64,000 nt of DNA, taken from positions 64,001-128,000 of the IMG/VR virus record IMGVR_UViG_3300018018_000001; one strand, written 5' to 3'. Within the stretch, counting starts at the first letter, position 1. Each line of letters starts with the position of its first letter. The translations under genes and the position numbers were made by a program. The stretch is from a virus. The notes under the pieces were generated by a model, which had not been told where the DNA came from, ran no database searches, and saw nothing but the letters and a program-made list of their open reading frames with translations. Positions 36,802 through 47,291 of the stretch are shown piece by piece.

Positions 36802-39051
36802 TTATTTTGGTGATTCTGTTTTCACTATATCTTTTTGAAGAAATCTGAGTAATTCTCCCTGAAATTTTTCTACTGTGGGGAGATTAAGGCATCGGGGTTC
36901 ATGAAGTAAGCAAGTTTCCCACCACCCCTCCCCCACTACGGCATTCCAGAAACAAGGATCACAGGCCCCTGTGTGAAGAAGAATATCATTGGAATTCTTG
37001 TAGAAGAACAACTCTGGAGGAGTGCATGTTTGCCATACCATTGATGGGGTTCCTACAGAGTGAGCAAGATGATAAAGAAATCCCTCTAATCCAAAATATA
37101 AGCTGGCTCTTTTGAGCACATTGGCCGAATCCATAATGCTCAATCCTCTGAAATCAAGGTCTACATCCTTAATCAAATCATCATCTTTTGGTCCCAATTG
37201 GGCTATGGGATAAACCCCTTTGGCTATTCTTAAAATTTCACTTAGTTCTTCATCTTTGATGCATTTCAAGTTTCCTACTGTTCCTACATTATTATGGACT
37301 ACAATAAACTTTTCGGGTAAGGTATCCACGCCATTTGGCAGTTTAGTAGATTTATAATCTATATCAAAGGATAAATCTTTGATACTTGCATACTTTTCCA
37401 ATCCACAACTCTTTAACATCAAGTCAATTACGTGCATTCCAAGTTGTTTCAATCGGCAATTGGAAAAGGCCCACCCATTGTAAAATTCAATATACTTATT
37501 GGCAAATTCATTATTCTCTTCTCCATAGACTCTACTGACATATCGAACATCATAAAGAGTATCGAAAGTATGCAAAAGAGATTTCAGGACAGTGTTGTAA
37601 TGGACTCCTTTTTCCAGAGTAACATAGTCTACTAATCCAGGTTGAGTTAATAGAATCTCATCCCCCTTTTCAATGATCGCCACAACCCATGCTTTGGGAT
37701 GCTTTCTCCGGATTCCCTTTAATACAGGGATAAGCTGAAGAGTATCACCATACCCACCTAATTTGATTACCCCGATATACTTTCTTCCTTTCAATAATTT
37801 CTTGGCTTCTAAAGCCATGGTCCTAAGAGGTACATTTATTGGGGCAAAGAAATAGGGTCTAACAGGTTCCAGTTTAACTTTGGATAAATTATCTACCTCT
37901 TCTTTCAATTTCTCATAAGAGGCTTCCCAAGAATATTTCTGGACCCACTCATAAGCCGTATCTGTTATTTTCTTGGCCCTTTTCCCCTCTTTGTATTTCC
38001 AATCATCATACAAATCATTCAGAGTATTTACTATTTTTTGCTCAGAAGGGATAGCCATTTTCTGTCCTTGATCCCCTGTTATCCAAGCGGCTACATCAAT
38101 CAAACAACCTCTACCCTCAGACAAAATTTCTGTTCCTGAGGTATAATCGGTTCCTATTGCTACTATCTTTGCAGCCATGGCTTCCAGGTAGGGTAATCCT
38201 AATCCCTCACAAGAGCTATTCAGAAGAAGGGCATGAGATTGAGCATAGATTTTGGCCAATATATCATCCTTTAGAATTTTTCCTGTTCCTGAAGCATCTA
38301 CTAAGTTAATCTTTAATCTCAGGCCGGGGTAATGGGGGATTATATCCAGAAGATCATACCCCTCAGGATCACGGGCTGCGGTGACTAAATACAAAACTGT
38401 ATCATCCTTTTTCTGTGAAAATTTGTGAAATGCCTCAAGGCTTAGGGGTATCTGCTTTCTTACACAATTTTTGGATACTACCAGGACCGTAAACTTATTG
38501 GATTTTGTTTGTTCTTTTACAGCCTTGTCAAATAGATCCAAATCAACCCCATGATATATGACTTTAATATTTCCATTATCAGCATTAACTTTGGAAGGGT
38601 AATCTTTTAGAACTCTAGCTCCCCAGTAAGAAGTAGTTACAACTTTATCAAAAGAATCAAGAATTTCACAGTAAGCAAGACTCAAGGGAGAGGAATCTAT
38701 GTTAATATATCCTAAAACTTTCATTCTCTTATCCCTGTGGTCCCTTGATAGGTTATATTCATTCTTTATGGAGGGTAGGATTCCGAAATGCCAAAGATCT
38801 CCATGACAGAATAAAATATCAGGGGCTATCCTTAGAATATGGCCAGTAAGGGCATCCCTGTCTAATCGGCTACCTATTGGGTGAGTTACATAGGGTAATT
38901 TTATATCAGTTTGTTTATAATTGTATCCAGTACACTCCACATGATACCCATCCCTATGAAATCTGTTAGCCAATTCCCGACAAGTTTTTCCCATTCCCGA
39001 ATAGCTTTGAGGGGAATCAGTCACGAAAAGAATTTTAGCTTTTTTATCCAT
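36802..39051 (-). CDS. Two-domain glycosyltransferase: GT4-like plus GT9 (heptosyltransferase-like)
   Basis: SCEGLGLPYLEAMA; KLGGYGDTLQLIPVLKGIRRKHP; GLEGFLYHLAHSVGTP. Confidence 0.85.
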   Translation of the reverse strand: MDKKAKILFVTDSPQSYSGMGKTCRELANRFHRDGYHVECTGYNYKQTDIKLPYVTHPIGSRLDRDALTGHILRIAPDILFCHGDLWHFGILPSIKNEYNLSRDHRDKRMKVLGYINIDSSPLSLAYCEILDSFDKVVTTSYWGARVLKDYPSKVNADNGNIKVIYHGVDLDLFDKAVKEQTKSNKFTVLVVSKNCVRKQIPLSLEAFHKFSQKKDDTVLYLVTAARDPEGYDLLDIIPHYPGLRLKINLVDASGTGKILKDDILAKIYAQSHALLLNSSCEGLGLPYLEAMAAKIVAIGTDYTSGTEILSEGRGCLIDVAAWITGDQGQKMAIPSEQKIVNTLNDLYDDWKYKEGKRAKKITDTAYEWVQKYSWEASYEKLKEEVDNLSKVKLEPVRPYFFAPINVPLRTMALEAKKLLKGRKYIGVIKLGGYGDTLQLIPVLKGIRRKHPKAWVVAIIEKGDEILLTQPGLVDYVTLEKGVHYNTVLKSLLHTFDTLYDVRYVSRVYGEENNEFANKYIEFYNGWAFSNCRLKQLGMHVIDLMLKSCGLEKYASIKDLSFDIDYKSTKLPNGVDTLPEKFIVVHNNVGTVGNLKCIKDEELSEILRIAKGVYPIAQLGPKDDDLIKDVDLDFRGLSIMDSANVLKRASLYFGLEGFLYHLAHSVGTPSMVWQTCTPPELFFYKNSNDILLHTGACDPCFWNAVVGEGWWETCLLHEPRCLNLPTVEKFQGELLRFLQKDIVKTESPK

Positions 39052-39590
39052 TATTTTACTCCTTTCAAATTTAAAGAAAACGAAATTTGATTTCCTTGAT
39101 TATCTGGTAGCCACCCCCCTGAAACATCCATTCCTTTTCCAGTGGAACTTTCTACCCAAGGTTTAAATCTTTCAACATTTTTAAGTCCAGCCTCTTCCAT
39201 AAGATTAAATAGAGAAAGGCTTGTATATCCCCATTTGTGGATATCCCAAATATTGACTTGCCAGCCATACATGATTTTAATCCAATCATTTTTCAATATT
39301 GGGTCTATTGCATCATTAACCATCCTGGATACAGTTTCAATATCCGGGACCGCTAACCACAAAGTACCTCCATCTTTAAGCATTTTTACCCACCTGAATA
39401 CTAATTCTTCTCCTATATCCCTGGAAAAATGTTCAAGAAGGTGACTGGAATAGATTTCTTCACATGATCCCTCAGGCATTATGAAATCAATTGCATTTGA
39501 GCAAATATCAGGTTTTAAGCTTGGATCTATATCTACTAAAGTCCAATCGGGTCCGGGTCGATGGGTTGATGATCCTAAACTGATTTTCAT
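39051..39590 (-). CDS. SAM methyltransferase (type 11-like)
   Basis: ISLGS, EEIYSSHLLEHF, LKDGGTL.LAVPD. Confidence 0.8.
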   Translation of the reverse strand: MKISLGSSTHRPGPDWTLVDIDPSLKPDICSNAIDFIMPEGSCEEIYSSHLLEHFSRDIGEELVFRWVKMLKDGGTLWLAVPDIETVSRMVNDAIDPILKNDWIKIMYGWQVNIWDIHKWGYTSLSLFNLMEEAGLKNVERFKPWVESSTGKGMDVSGGWLPDNQGNQISFSLNLKGVK

Positions 39591-39601
39591 ACTATTTCCT
39601 T

Positions 39602-40210
39602 TTATTTTAATACAGTATAACAGACAAGTGATTTTTCAAATGATATAACATCCATTTTGGTGGCTATTTCATTTTTGATATACTTAGTTATTAAATGCCA
39701 AGGTTCATTATCACTTAGGGAATAGATAAAGTCATGCCAAGCTATTATTTTAGGGGGTGGGGCATTACTTTTTTTTAATCCCTCTAACGCTAACTCTGAG
39801 TCTGCTTTTGCCCCATTATAGGTATGATCACCATCTATGTATACCATAGCAAGATTGGTAAATGTTTCATAATTTAAGGTTTTAGAATCACATTGGATCA
39901 TTGACACATTTCTTGCATTTTTACACCATTTGCCTCTTTCAGTTCCGGGCCAATCTATTCTTTGATCCTTATGCATTACGACAGGATCAGGGCAATCAAC
40001 AGTGTATATATGTTTGTTAGGATTATACTTAGCTAATAGACAAGTTGTATGACCAAATTGTGTTCCAATTTCTAATATGTTTCCACTTATCTGTTTGGAT
40101 AGCCATATAAGTACTTTAACATCAATAAGAGGGGTGCTTGTATGTACCTCTTTAAGTAGTTCTACGTCAGAATTTAAAATTTCTTCTGGGTAAGGGTGTA
40201 TAAGTAGCAT
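39602..40210 (-). CDS. SAM methyltransferase (Methyltransf_24-like)
   Basis: ILEIGTQFG, VYIDGDHTY. Confidence 0.8.
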   Translation of the reverse strand: MLLIHPYPEEILNSDVELLKEVHTSTPLIDVKVLIWLSKQISGNILEIGTQFGHTTCLLAKYNPNKHIYTVDCPDPVVMHKDQRIDWPGTERGKWCKNARNVSMIQCDSKTLNYETFTNLAMVYIDGDHTYNGAKADSELALEGLKKSNAPPPKIIAWHDFIYSLSDNEPWHLITKYIKNEIATKMDVISFEKSLVCYTVLK

Positions 40211-40215
40211 AGTAG

Positions 40216-41004
40216 TTATTCCTCCTCTTTTTCTATACGATGTTTATCTTCAAAAATATCACAAGGATTGCAATATCCTACATCTGGACATAGCATACTT
40301 GTTATTCCTTCTTGTAACCAATCATCAAGTAAATTTCCTTTTATTCCTTTTTTAGACTGGGTATACATAAAGTAATGGCAAAAGTAAATATCACCAAGTG
40401 GAGATACTATATCTTCACCAAATGTAAAGCATTTGGCAGCAGGTTGTTTTTCATTATTACACCTATAAACCAGATGATGAGGATTAAATGAACCATCTGG
40501 TCGATATCCTATTCTTGGTAAGAAGCTATTACCAAAGTATTCAAATTCTTCCTTATCTGTTATAGGATCTACTAAAGCTGAATAGTGAGTTCCAACACTC
40601 TTAAATTTGGATCTTAGTAAAGATATTTTTTCACAATGTTCTTTAAATCCAATTTGGGTAGAATGATATGATAATTGGAATCGTTGAATGCTGTTTGGAT
40701 TCAGTTTCATTAAGGTATTCACCCCCTGATCTGAGGTATTGGAAGCTATGTCAATCTCTTTAAATTTGCTATAATCAATACTATTGACAATCTCAACAAA
40801 CCCCTCATGTAGAGTAGGTTGACCTCCTGTAATAACTAATTTGTCAACCCCGGATAGCTTATTTATGGCGGTTATCCAATCCTTAGCATCTCTTCTAGGA
40901 TAGTTACGTTTATATCCTTTATTAAACTTATTAATACAATAAGAACAATTAAAATTGCAGTCCAAAACCAGAAATAAATGACAGACACTTGATGGAAATT
41001 TCAT
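40216..41004 (-). CDS. Radical SAM protein
   Basis: CNFNCSYC, ITGGQPT, C-terminal Cys cluster. Confidence 0.85.
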   Translation of the reverse strand: MKFPSSVCHLFLVLDCNFNCSYCINKFNKGYKRNYPRRDAKDWITAINKLSGVDKLVITGGQPTLHEGFVEIVNSIDYSKFKEIDIASNTSDQGVNTLMKLNPNSIQRFQLSYHSTQIGFKEHCEKISLLRSKFKSVGTHYSALVDPITDKEEFEYFGNSFLPRIGYRPDGSFNPHHLVYRCNNEKQPAAKCFTFGEDIVSPLGDIYFCHYFMYTQSKKGIKGNLLDDWLQEGITSMLCPDVGYCNPCDIFEDKHRIEKEEE

Positions 41005-41675
41005 TTAGAATCTCCTTGTTTTTTCTTGATTATCATAAAATTCCTAAGGGACTTGGTAACACTGTAGGAATCTATATCACTTATTAGGTTTCTTCCAATT
41101 ACTTCGTCAATATCTTTAGCAACATGAGGGAAATCAACATAATTGTAGTCATGAATAGTCATAAATTTTAAAGTGACGGGCCAAAATCTAAGGATGTCTT
41201 TTTTTGCTTGAGACTCCCCATGAGCACCATCTATATGAATCCAATCATATGTTCTTTGAAATACTGGGCTGTTAGTTTGTCCCTCAGGCATAGTATCTAA
41301 ATTAAAAATGGACCATAGTATATTATCTAAATGAGGAAATTTACTGGAGTGAAGATTTTTGAAGCTATTTATAAGCCTTCTGGCTATATCATTTGAGTTT
41401 TCAATATAGGATTCATTATCTATACCTATATACTCCTTTAACCTGTGAGATCCTAACATAATGGCGCAAGCCGACATTCCTTTGTATACTCCTATTTCTA
41501 ATACAGATTCAGGATTAATCATATAAGCAATGTTGTAATAAGCTTCATATTCTATGTCAATAGTCTCACTAGTAATTGACAAACCCATTCCCTTATGAAT
41601 AATCTTAAATTTTTCTACTTCTGCAGAAAGAATTTCAAAGGATGCTTCTTTCAATAAATCATTGATAATAGCCAT
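41001..41675 (-). CDS. SAM methyltransferase (Methyltransf_24-like)
   Basis: VLEIGVYKGMS, WIHIDGAH, IHDY. Confidence 0.8.
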   Translation of the reverse strand: MAIINDLLKEASFEILSAEVEKFKIIHKGMGLSITSETIDIEYEAYYNIAYMINPESVLEIGVYKGMSACAIMLGSHRLKEYIGIDNESYIENSNDIARRLINSFKNLHSSKFPHLDNILWSIFNLDTMPEGQTNSPVFQRTYDWIHIDGAHGESQAKKDILRFWPVTLKFMTIHDYNYVDFPHVAKDIDEVIGRNLISDIDSYSVTKSLRNFMIIKKKQGDSK

Positions 41676-41701
41676 ATAAGTTCTCCATAAGTTTTAAAAT
41701 G

Positions 41702-42553
41702 TTACCTGATGTATTTATTTCCTTCTTCAATCATAAGTTTGATCTCTTCACGAATCTCCTTGATTGTAAGTTCAAGAAGTTTGTTAAATACTATGTCATT
41801 TTTGATAAGAGATCTAAATGTTCTAAAGAAATTAATTTGATCATTAGCTTGACTATGAGGATTAAATAATATTTTCCAATATCCTGGTTCTCTTGAGTTA
41901 CCAAGATGGAGGCCAGAAGTTCCTAACCATAGACCCTTTGTTATAGGGATTCCAGCTTCTTCCACCATTTTAGTAAATGCCCATAAATTAGTAAATTTCT
42001 TAGTAATGGGATTATTAAATTCCTCAGGTATTCTACCAGTTTTTCTTATTTTGTCCCTATATTTGACAAGAGTGGGCCATATAGCGTTATACCACTCTTT
42101 CCTTTTGCAGAAATGAATTCCGGTCATTTTCTCAATTCCATCTATATCAGTAAAGGTGCCATTTGAATAGAAAGTATCAAATTCATTCATTCTGGCCAAA
42201 TGACTCTCCATCAAACTTGGTTTTTGTTTCATTATGAATATATCAATATCTCCATAATAAAGATATTCAAACTGATCTGTATGGTCATTTCTTACAATCC
42301 ACCGTAATATTTTAGTAAATTCACTATATATTGGATAGTCTTGAAATTCTATCTCTATCTTGTAGTTTTTATTATCAACAAGAGGGAGCATTTGATCTTT
42401 AACTACTCCACATAATGGTTGCCTTATGGCTATGTAGGTATTGATATTTGGATAAGCCTTACCAAGAAAATATAAGAAAAATGGTATATAATGCTCATAC
42501 CTTTCTGTAACTACATAGTAGATAAGACATAGTTTACTTTCATCTTCTTTCAC
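41702..42553 (-). CDS. Putative GT-A glycosyltransferase
   Basis: YLYYGDIDI DxD motif; cluster context. Confidence 0.5.
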   Translation of the reverse strand: MKEDESKLCLIYYVVTERYEHYIPFFLYFLGKAYPNINTYIAIRQPLCGVVKDQMLPLVDNKNYKIEIEFQDYPIYSEFTKILRWIVRNDHTDQFEYLYYGDIDIFIMKQKPSLMESHLARMNEFDTFYSNGTFTDIDGIEKMTGIHFCKRKEWYNAIWPTLVKYRDKIRKTGRIPEEFNNPITKKFTNLWAFTKMVEEAGIPITKGLWLGTSGLHLGNSREPGYWKILFNPHSQANDQINFFRTFRSLIKNDIVFNKLLELTIKEIREEIKLMIEEGNKYIR

Positions 42554-43101
42554 TTTTCTTTTTCCTTATAAATGAAAGTCATGGGAATCCATGAATTTGG
42601 GAATTCTTTAATCTTATCCCATCCATTGTCACAGATAATTTGATGACACCTAGGATTATTATAAATAATAAATCTTTCCTTTTTTAATCCCTTCTGTTGA
42701 TTTATTTTATGCATTACTCCTGTTACAATTTGACAGGGGAAGGGATTATACATATAAAAATAATTATATTCAGAATAATTAGGAAAGGTAATAGCATTCT
42801 GGTTATAGATTATGCACCTATTATCCCTTAAAATCCTAAAATTGTTTTCTGCTCTCTTTGCAATACATTCAGAGATTTCTATTCCTGCAATTTTCTTGAA
42901 AGAAAATCTAAGCATTATTGACATTGCACTTCCTAAGCCACATCCTATGTCAATGATGGTATCTTCCTTTGTAATTTTTAAATCCATTAGTACGTTAGCC
43001 AGGAATTCATTGCCGGACGGTGAAGAGCGATTTACAAGATTTGGATCTAATCCCACCTCTTGTGGCTCTATTACTGATTCAAAATCTACTTTTCTATTCA
43101 T
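42550..43101 (-). CDS. SAM methyltransferase
   Basis: IIDIGCGLG, AGIEIS, YMYNPF. Confidence 0.85.
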   Translation of the reverse strand: MNRKVDFESVIEPQEVGLDPNLVNRSSPSGNEFLANVLMDLKITKEDTIIDIGCGLGSAMSIMLRFSFKKIAGIEISECIAKRAENNFRILRDNRCIIYNQNAITFPNYSEYNYFYMYNPFPCQIVTGVMHKINQQKGLKKERFIIYNNPRCHQIICDNGWDKIKEFPNSWIPMTFIYKEKEK

Positions 43102-43876
43102 GTTTCAATATCATTTCTTTAGAAACTATTTTAGAATCTAAAAATAATTGATCCTTATAAATTCCATATGTTCCACTGATACTGGAATCTATAGATTTTT
43201 TCCCATTTAAACAGCAATATTTAATCCAAAGAGTTAACATATAGAGTCCTATCCGATCTTTGTTAATAACGGAAGCTAAACCCCATAAGGATTGACTAAT
43301 ACCATCATCTATCATTGAACCAATTCCAATAACATTCCCATCTACGGTTAAAGTCATCATTTTGAACCATTGTGGGGGAATTTTAGAATATGGTTGGCGA
43401 ATACCATTTATGAATTCATTTCCGTTTGAATGAGACTGTCTACGTAGTTTATCATAAATTTCCTTAAAAATAAAATCGTTAAAAATAGTTATGGATAAGC
43501 AACCATGAAGTTTCTCATCCTTTTTCTTAAAAGTTTGCCTTGTGGGAAAATGTTTATTTGGTTTTTTACTAAGAATACTCCTTCGATCTAAGAAATCCTC
43601 AAATGTTGTTAGTCTACAAAACCAAAATGGATTTTGTCCAACCTTTCTATCAGGTAATTCTATACTACTATCATTTGTAAAAATAGGTAGTGGAGACCAT
43701 TGATGAATTAGGTTAGGGGCATACAAATAAACTTTTTTGTCAATTTCTTCAAGAATCATATGGCTATAAAAATATTCTATGTTAAACGAATAGTGCCATA
43801 AGTTACAGACTGGAAAAAGTTTTTTCTGTTCTATTATTTTTTTGGATTCAGCAATAGAGACAAGTGTTTCAAGCAT
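43094..43876 (-). CDS. Hypothetical protein, possibly GNAT-fold
   Basis: Beta-strand pattern and GTYGIYK at the C-terminus; weak. Confidence 0.4.
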   Translation of the reverse strand: MLETLVSIAESKKIIEQKKLFPVCNLWHYSFNIEYFYSHMILEEIDKKVYLYAPNLIHQWSPLPIFTNDSSIELPDRKVGQNPFWFCRLTTFEDFLDRRSILSKKPNKHFPTRQTFKKKDEKLHGCLSITIFNDFIFKEIYDKLRRQSHSNGNEFINGIRQPYSKIPPQWFKMMTLTVDGNVIGIGSMIDDGISQSLWGLASVINKDRIGLYMLTLWIKYCCLNGKKSIDSSISGTYGIYKDQLFLDSKIVSKEMILKHE

Positions 43877-44385
43877 TTTTCTAAATCCTCTCTTTTATAC
43901 CATTTATCAAATCTCCAGCTATGAAGGTATGCTATTTCATCCCTTAATGTATCATTTCCCATCATAACTATCTCAAGATTAGTCGTTTCCCCTGAAATTT
44001 TTAGTCCCTCAATAGTTTCAGGATAATTGCCTTCATTGAATGGGATAACGAAATAATCTGGTCTTAGACCCCAATAGCTTAGAAGTTCTTTCCCTCTTGT
44101 TATCTCTTCTTTTGAAGGAACATGGGTATGGTACAATCCATGTAAGCCTATAATGTCAGCCCTGGTTGTGAGGTAATCATAAACTCTTTCATTGTCTCTA
44201 AAGACATGAATACCAGAAATTCTTTTGATTTCATCATTATCCATTTTTACGTTTATCGGAATGACAGATCCTATTGGGGTAATTGCTTGGATAATTTTGA
44301 ATCCGTACCCATCGCAAAGTTCACAAAACCATTTGATATTATCTAAATTAGCATCGTAGGCTACATCGTCATTTCTTATGAGCAT
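43834..44385 (-). CDS. Polysaccharide-deacetylase-like protein (NodB/DUF2334-like)
   Basis: IRNDDVA, IGLHGLYH, FVIPFN. Confidence 0.65.
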   Translation of the reverse strand: MLIRNDDVAYDANLDNIKWFCELCDGYGFKIIQAITPIGSVIPINVKMDNDEIKRISGIHVFRDNERVYDYLTTRADIIGLHGLYHTHVPSKEEITRGKELLSYWGLRPDYFVIPFNEGNYPETIEGLKISGETTNLEIVMMGNDTLRDEIAYLHSWRFDKWYKREDLEKCLKHLSLLLNPKK

Positions 44386-44843
44386 ATCACTCTCCAGTCT
44401 CTTTCAGGGACATGACTTACATGTTCTTTAGTGAAGTTAAGATTCTTGAATCCACAGACTAACAACAAGTTTTTAAGTTCTTCTTTTTCATAAACATAAT
44501 GATGGGTTACACAATGGGGTATTGCCTTGTCCTGATTTCCATATATTCCCCACATCCCATAAATATTTCCCTTAAGGTATAAGTTTATTGCAGCCGTTAA
44601 TTCTGTAAATTCTATAATCAGTTTTCCTCCCGGCATTAGAGCCCTTCTCCAATCTTTAAGGATAGCAGGAAATTCCCATTTGTAAAAAGATTCAATGACA
44701 TGAATGGCTACTATTTCTTCAACTGATCCATCTGGGTAAGGTAAGGTATTATATAAATCAAACTTAACATCAGCACCCTCACAAAGATCCAAGTTTAAAA
44801 ATCCAGAAATTTTTAAGCTTCCTCCACCCAAATTCAGTTTCAT
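44376..44843 (-). CDS. SAM methyltransferase (type 11-like)
   Basis: KLNLGGG, EEIVAIHVIE, LMPGGKL. Confidence 0.8.
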   Translation of the reverse strand: MKLNLGGGSLKISGFLNLDLCEGADVKFDLYNTLPYPDGSVEEIVAIHVIESFYKWEFPAILKDWRRALMPGGKLIIEFTELTAAINLYLKGNIYGMWGIYGNQDKAIPHCVTHHYVYEKEELKNLLLVCGFKNLNFTKEHVSHVPERDWRVICS

Positions 44844-44844
44844 G

Positions 44845-46233
44845 CTATTTCCTTTCCGCTTTGGCTATCAAGACTTTATAATTTTCATCGTTAGTATGTT
44901 CCCATTTGGTAATGTTGCAATTCTTGGATAACAATTTCTCTATTTCTTTTTCCTGAATTTGGAAATCATGGCCTAAATTTAACTGTTCTATAGTCCTTAA
45001 GTGAACCCAGATACATAATGATCCCCCAGGCTTGAGCATGGATACCATGTTATTTACCGCTTTCTCTACAAGATTCACGTTAAATTGAGTGCTATGATCT
45101 AATGCATTTATTGAAAAAATATAATCGCATGGTGGGACCGAATCAAGAGGTACATCCTCTATGGACATGGGTATTTTTTGTACTTCTTTTTTAAGTTTCA
45201 ATAAATTGTCTTTTTCATAATAGTCAAACATTGGATCTACTGCAATGGATTCTAGGAAAGAAGAGTTTAGGCAAGTTATTCCCCCAAATGGACCTGATCC
45301 GGCATCTAATATTACTTTTCCACTTAAATCTTCAGGAGTAAGTCCAAAACTGTTTAATAATTTAGTGTAGAGTTTAATGGGATCTAAGTATTGACCTGTT
45401 TTTAGCCAGTAATACATTTCATATCTTGTTTTGTCATTTATTATTTCACTCATCATATCCTCATACAGTTTTTTGAATTGTAAACAGACGTTCTTCCAGG
45501 AATACTCTTTTACTTGAGGGTATGTATAAAATTTTCCAATTCCTTTCTTAATCCCCTCTAAGGATCTCTCACATTTATGAATATTGTGTAAACTTGGGAC
45601 TCCAACATCAGTAGTAAGAACTGGCTTATTCATAGCTAAACATTCCATTACTGGATTGGCAAATCCTTCCTGATATGAAGCGCATACATACAAATCTATT
45701 GATTTATAATAATCAGGCATTTTATCAGGGGGTATGCCCCATGCTGGCTTGAATCTAGCTCCTAACTCATCACAAGCCTTTTTTATCAGATTGAAACCTT
45801 TATAATCGTCTTGAACCCCTGCAAAGCCCACAGTAAATTCATGTTGGGGGATATATTGGTCAAAAATACCATCAGGAATGTAAACGGAATTGGGAATCTT
45901 GGCAAGAAGTTCAGGATGAAGCACGTGAACCCTCTTAACCCTTGTTGACCATACAGGAAATAACTCTGGTGGGTATCGGAATGACCTGATTGACATTAAT
46001 GTTTTGTATCCTAATTCCTTTAAACCCTCTGGAAAAAAGACAACACCCCAATTCTGAAAATGAATTAAATCATGTTGAAATCCCAAGTCCAGAAATTCCT
46101 CTTTACTAATACTTAGAGGGGTATTATGAAGATAGCATTTTTTTGTAAACTCAAATGGAATGCCTTCAATCATTCTATCAGTTATCCTGCCTATAATCCA
46201 ACCGGGTTCATCAGCAAGAATGAGTATCTTCAT
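44845..46233 (-). CDS. GT4-like glycosyltransferase fused to a SAM methyltransferase
   Basis: SYQEGFANPVMECLA; ILDAGSGP, INALDH, LKPGG. Confidence 0.85.
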   Translation of the reverse strand: MKILILADEPGWIIGRITDRMIEGIPFEFTKKCYLHNTPLSISKEEFLDLGFQHDLIHFQNWGVVFFPEGLKELGYKTLMSIRSFRYPPELFPVWSTRVKRVHVLHPELLAKIPNSVYIPDGIFDQYIPQHEFTVGFAGVQDDYKGFNLIKKACDELGARFKPAWGIPPDKMPDYYKSIDLYVCASYQEGFANPVMECLAMNKPVLTTDVGVPSLHNIHKCERSLEGIKKGIGKFYTYPQVKEYSWKNVCLQFKKLYEDMMSEIINDKTRYEMYYWLKTGQYLDPIKLYTKLLNSFGLTPEDLSGKVILDAGSGPFGGITCLNSSFLESIAVDPMFDYYEKDNLLKLKKEVQKIPMSIEDVPLDSVPPCDYIFSINALDHSTQFNVNLVEKAVNNMVSMLKPGGSLCIWVHLRTIEQLNLGHDFQIQEKEIEKLLSKNCNITKWEHTNDENYKVLIAKAERK

Positions 46234-47030
46234 TTTGTTCCTTTTACTAACTCTTCATATAATTTTTTGAATTGCAAGCAAATATTTTCCCAAGTATATC
46301 CCCTAACCTGAGGATATGTACAGAATTTTTCAATTCCATTTTTAATTGACTCTATAGATCTCTCACAAGTATGAACATTAAGGAGTCTAGGTATGCCAAC
46401 ATTAGTGGTTAAAACAGGTTTGTTCATGGATAAACATTCCATCACAGGGGTTGACATTCCCTCCGCTATTGAGGCACAGACATAAAGATCTATTGAGTTA
46501 TAGTAAGCTAACATATCCTTGGGTTGAATACCCCAAGCTGGTTTGAATTTTACCCCTAATTCGATACAAGCTTGCTTTATTAAAGGGAACCCTTTATAAT
46601 CTCCCTGGACCCCTGCAAAGCCCACAGTAAATTCATGGTCTGGTCTGAACTGTTCAGAAATACCGTTTGGAATGTAAACAGAATTAGGAATTAGTTTAAT
46701 AAGATCCGGGTGAATTACATGGATTTTCTTAACAATTATTGACCATTTGGGAAACATATCTTGTGGATATCTGAATGATCTTACTGATAGTAATGTTTTA
46801 TGTCCTAATTTTTTTAAACCTTCTTCATGATAAAAAACGCCCCAATTTTGGAAATGGATTAGATCATTCTGTGATCCCAAATCCATGAATTCTTCATGGC
46901 TAATACTGTAGCAAGAATTTCCAAGATGGTATCTTTTTGTAAATTCAAATGATGGGATACCAGCAATTATTTTGTCGGTTACTCTATTTATAATCCAATT
47001 GGGTTCATCGGCAAGGATAAATATTTTCAT
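46230..47030 (-). CDS. GT4-like glycosyltransferase (tandem paralogue)
   Basis: SIAEGMSTPVMECLS; collinear with the N-terminal half of 44845-46233. Confidence 0.85.
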   Translation of the reverse strand: MKIFILADEPNWIINRVTDKIIAGIPSFEFTKRYHLGNSCYSISHEEFMDLGSQNDLIHFQNWGVFYHEEGLKKLGHKTLLSVRSFRYPQDMFPKWSIIVKKIHVIHPDLIKLIPNSVYIPNGISEQFRPDHEFTVGFAGVQGDYKGFPLIKQACIELGVKFKPAWGIQPKDMLAYYNSIDLYVCASIAEGMSTPVMECLSMNKPVLTTNVGIPRLLNVHTCERSIESIKNGIEKFCTYPQVRGYTWENICLQFKKLYEELVKGTK

Positions 47031-47290
47031 TATATTATTTCTCTCATTTTAAAAATTTGTTCACGTATAAATTTATCAAGAGTTTCATTAATTTCTATTA
47101 AATCTCCTATACTAAAGTATCCAAGATTTATGGTATGCCTCTTAGGATGTTCGGGGGTTGGTTCCACTGGCCCTGTCATTTCAACAACTTGTAAATCATG
47201 AATATCTGGTAGAATATGTTCTGATTCAAGAGTTATTGAAAGAAGGTCAGGGGTCAACTCATTAATCCAAGCCCGTTTTAGATTGTCCAT
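47030..47290 (-). CDS. Hypothetical protein
   Basis: In-operon ORF. Confidence 0.5.
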   Translation of the reverse strand: MDNLKRAWINELTPDLLSITLESEHILPDIHDLQVVEMTGPVEPTPEHPKRHTINLGYFSIGDLIEINETLDKFIREQIFKMREII

Positions 47291-47291
47291 A

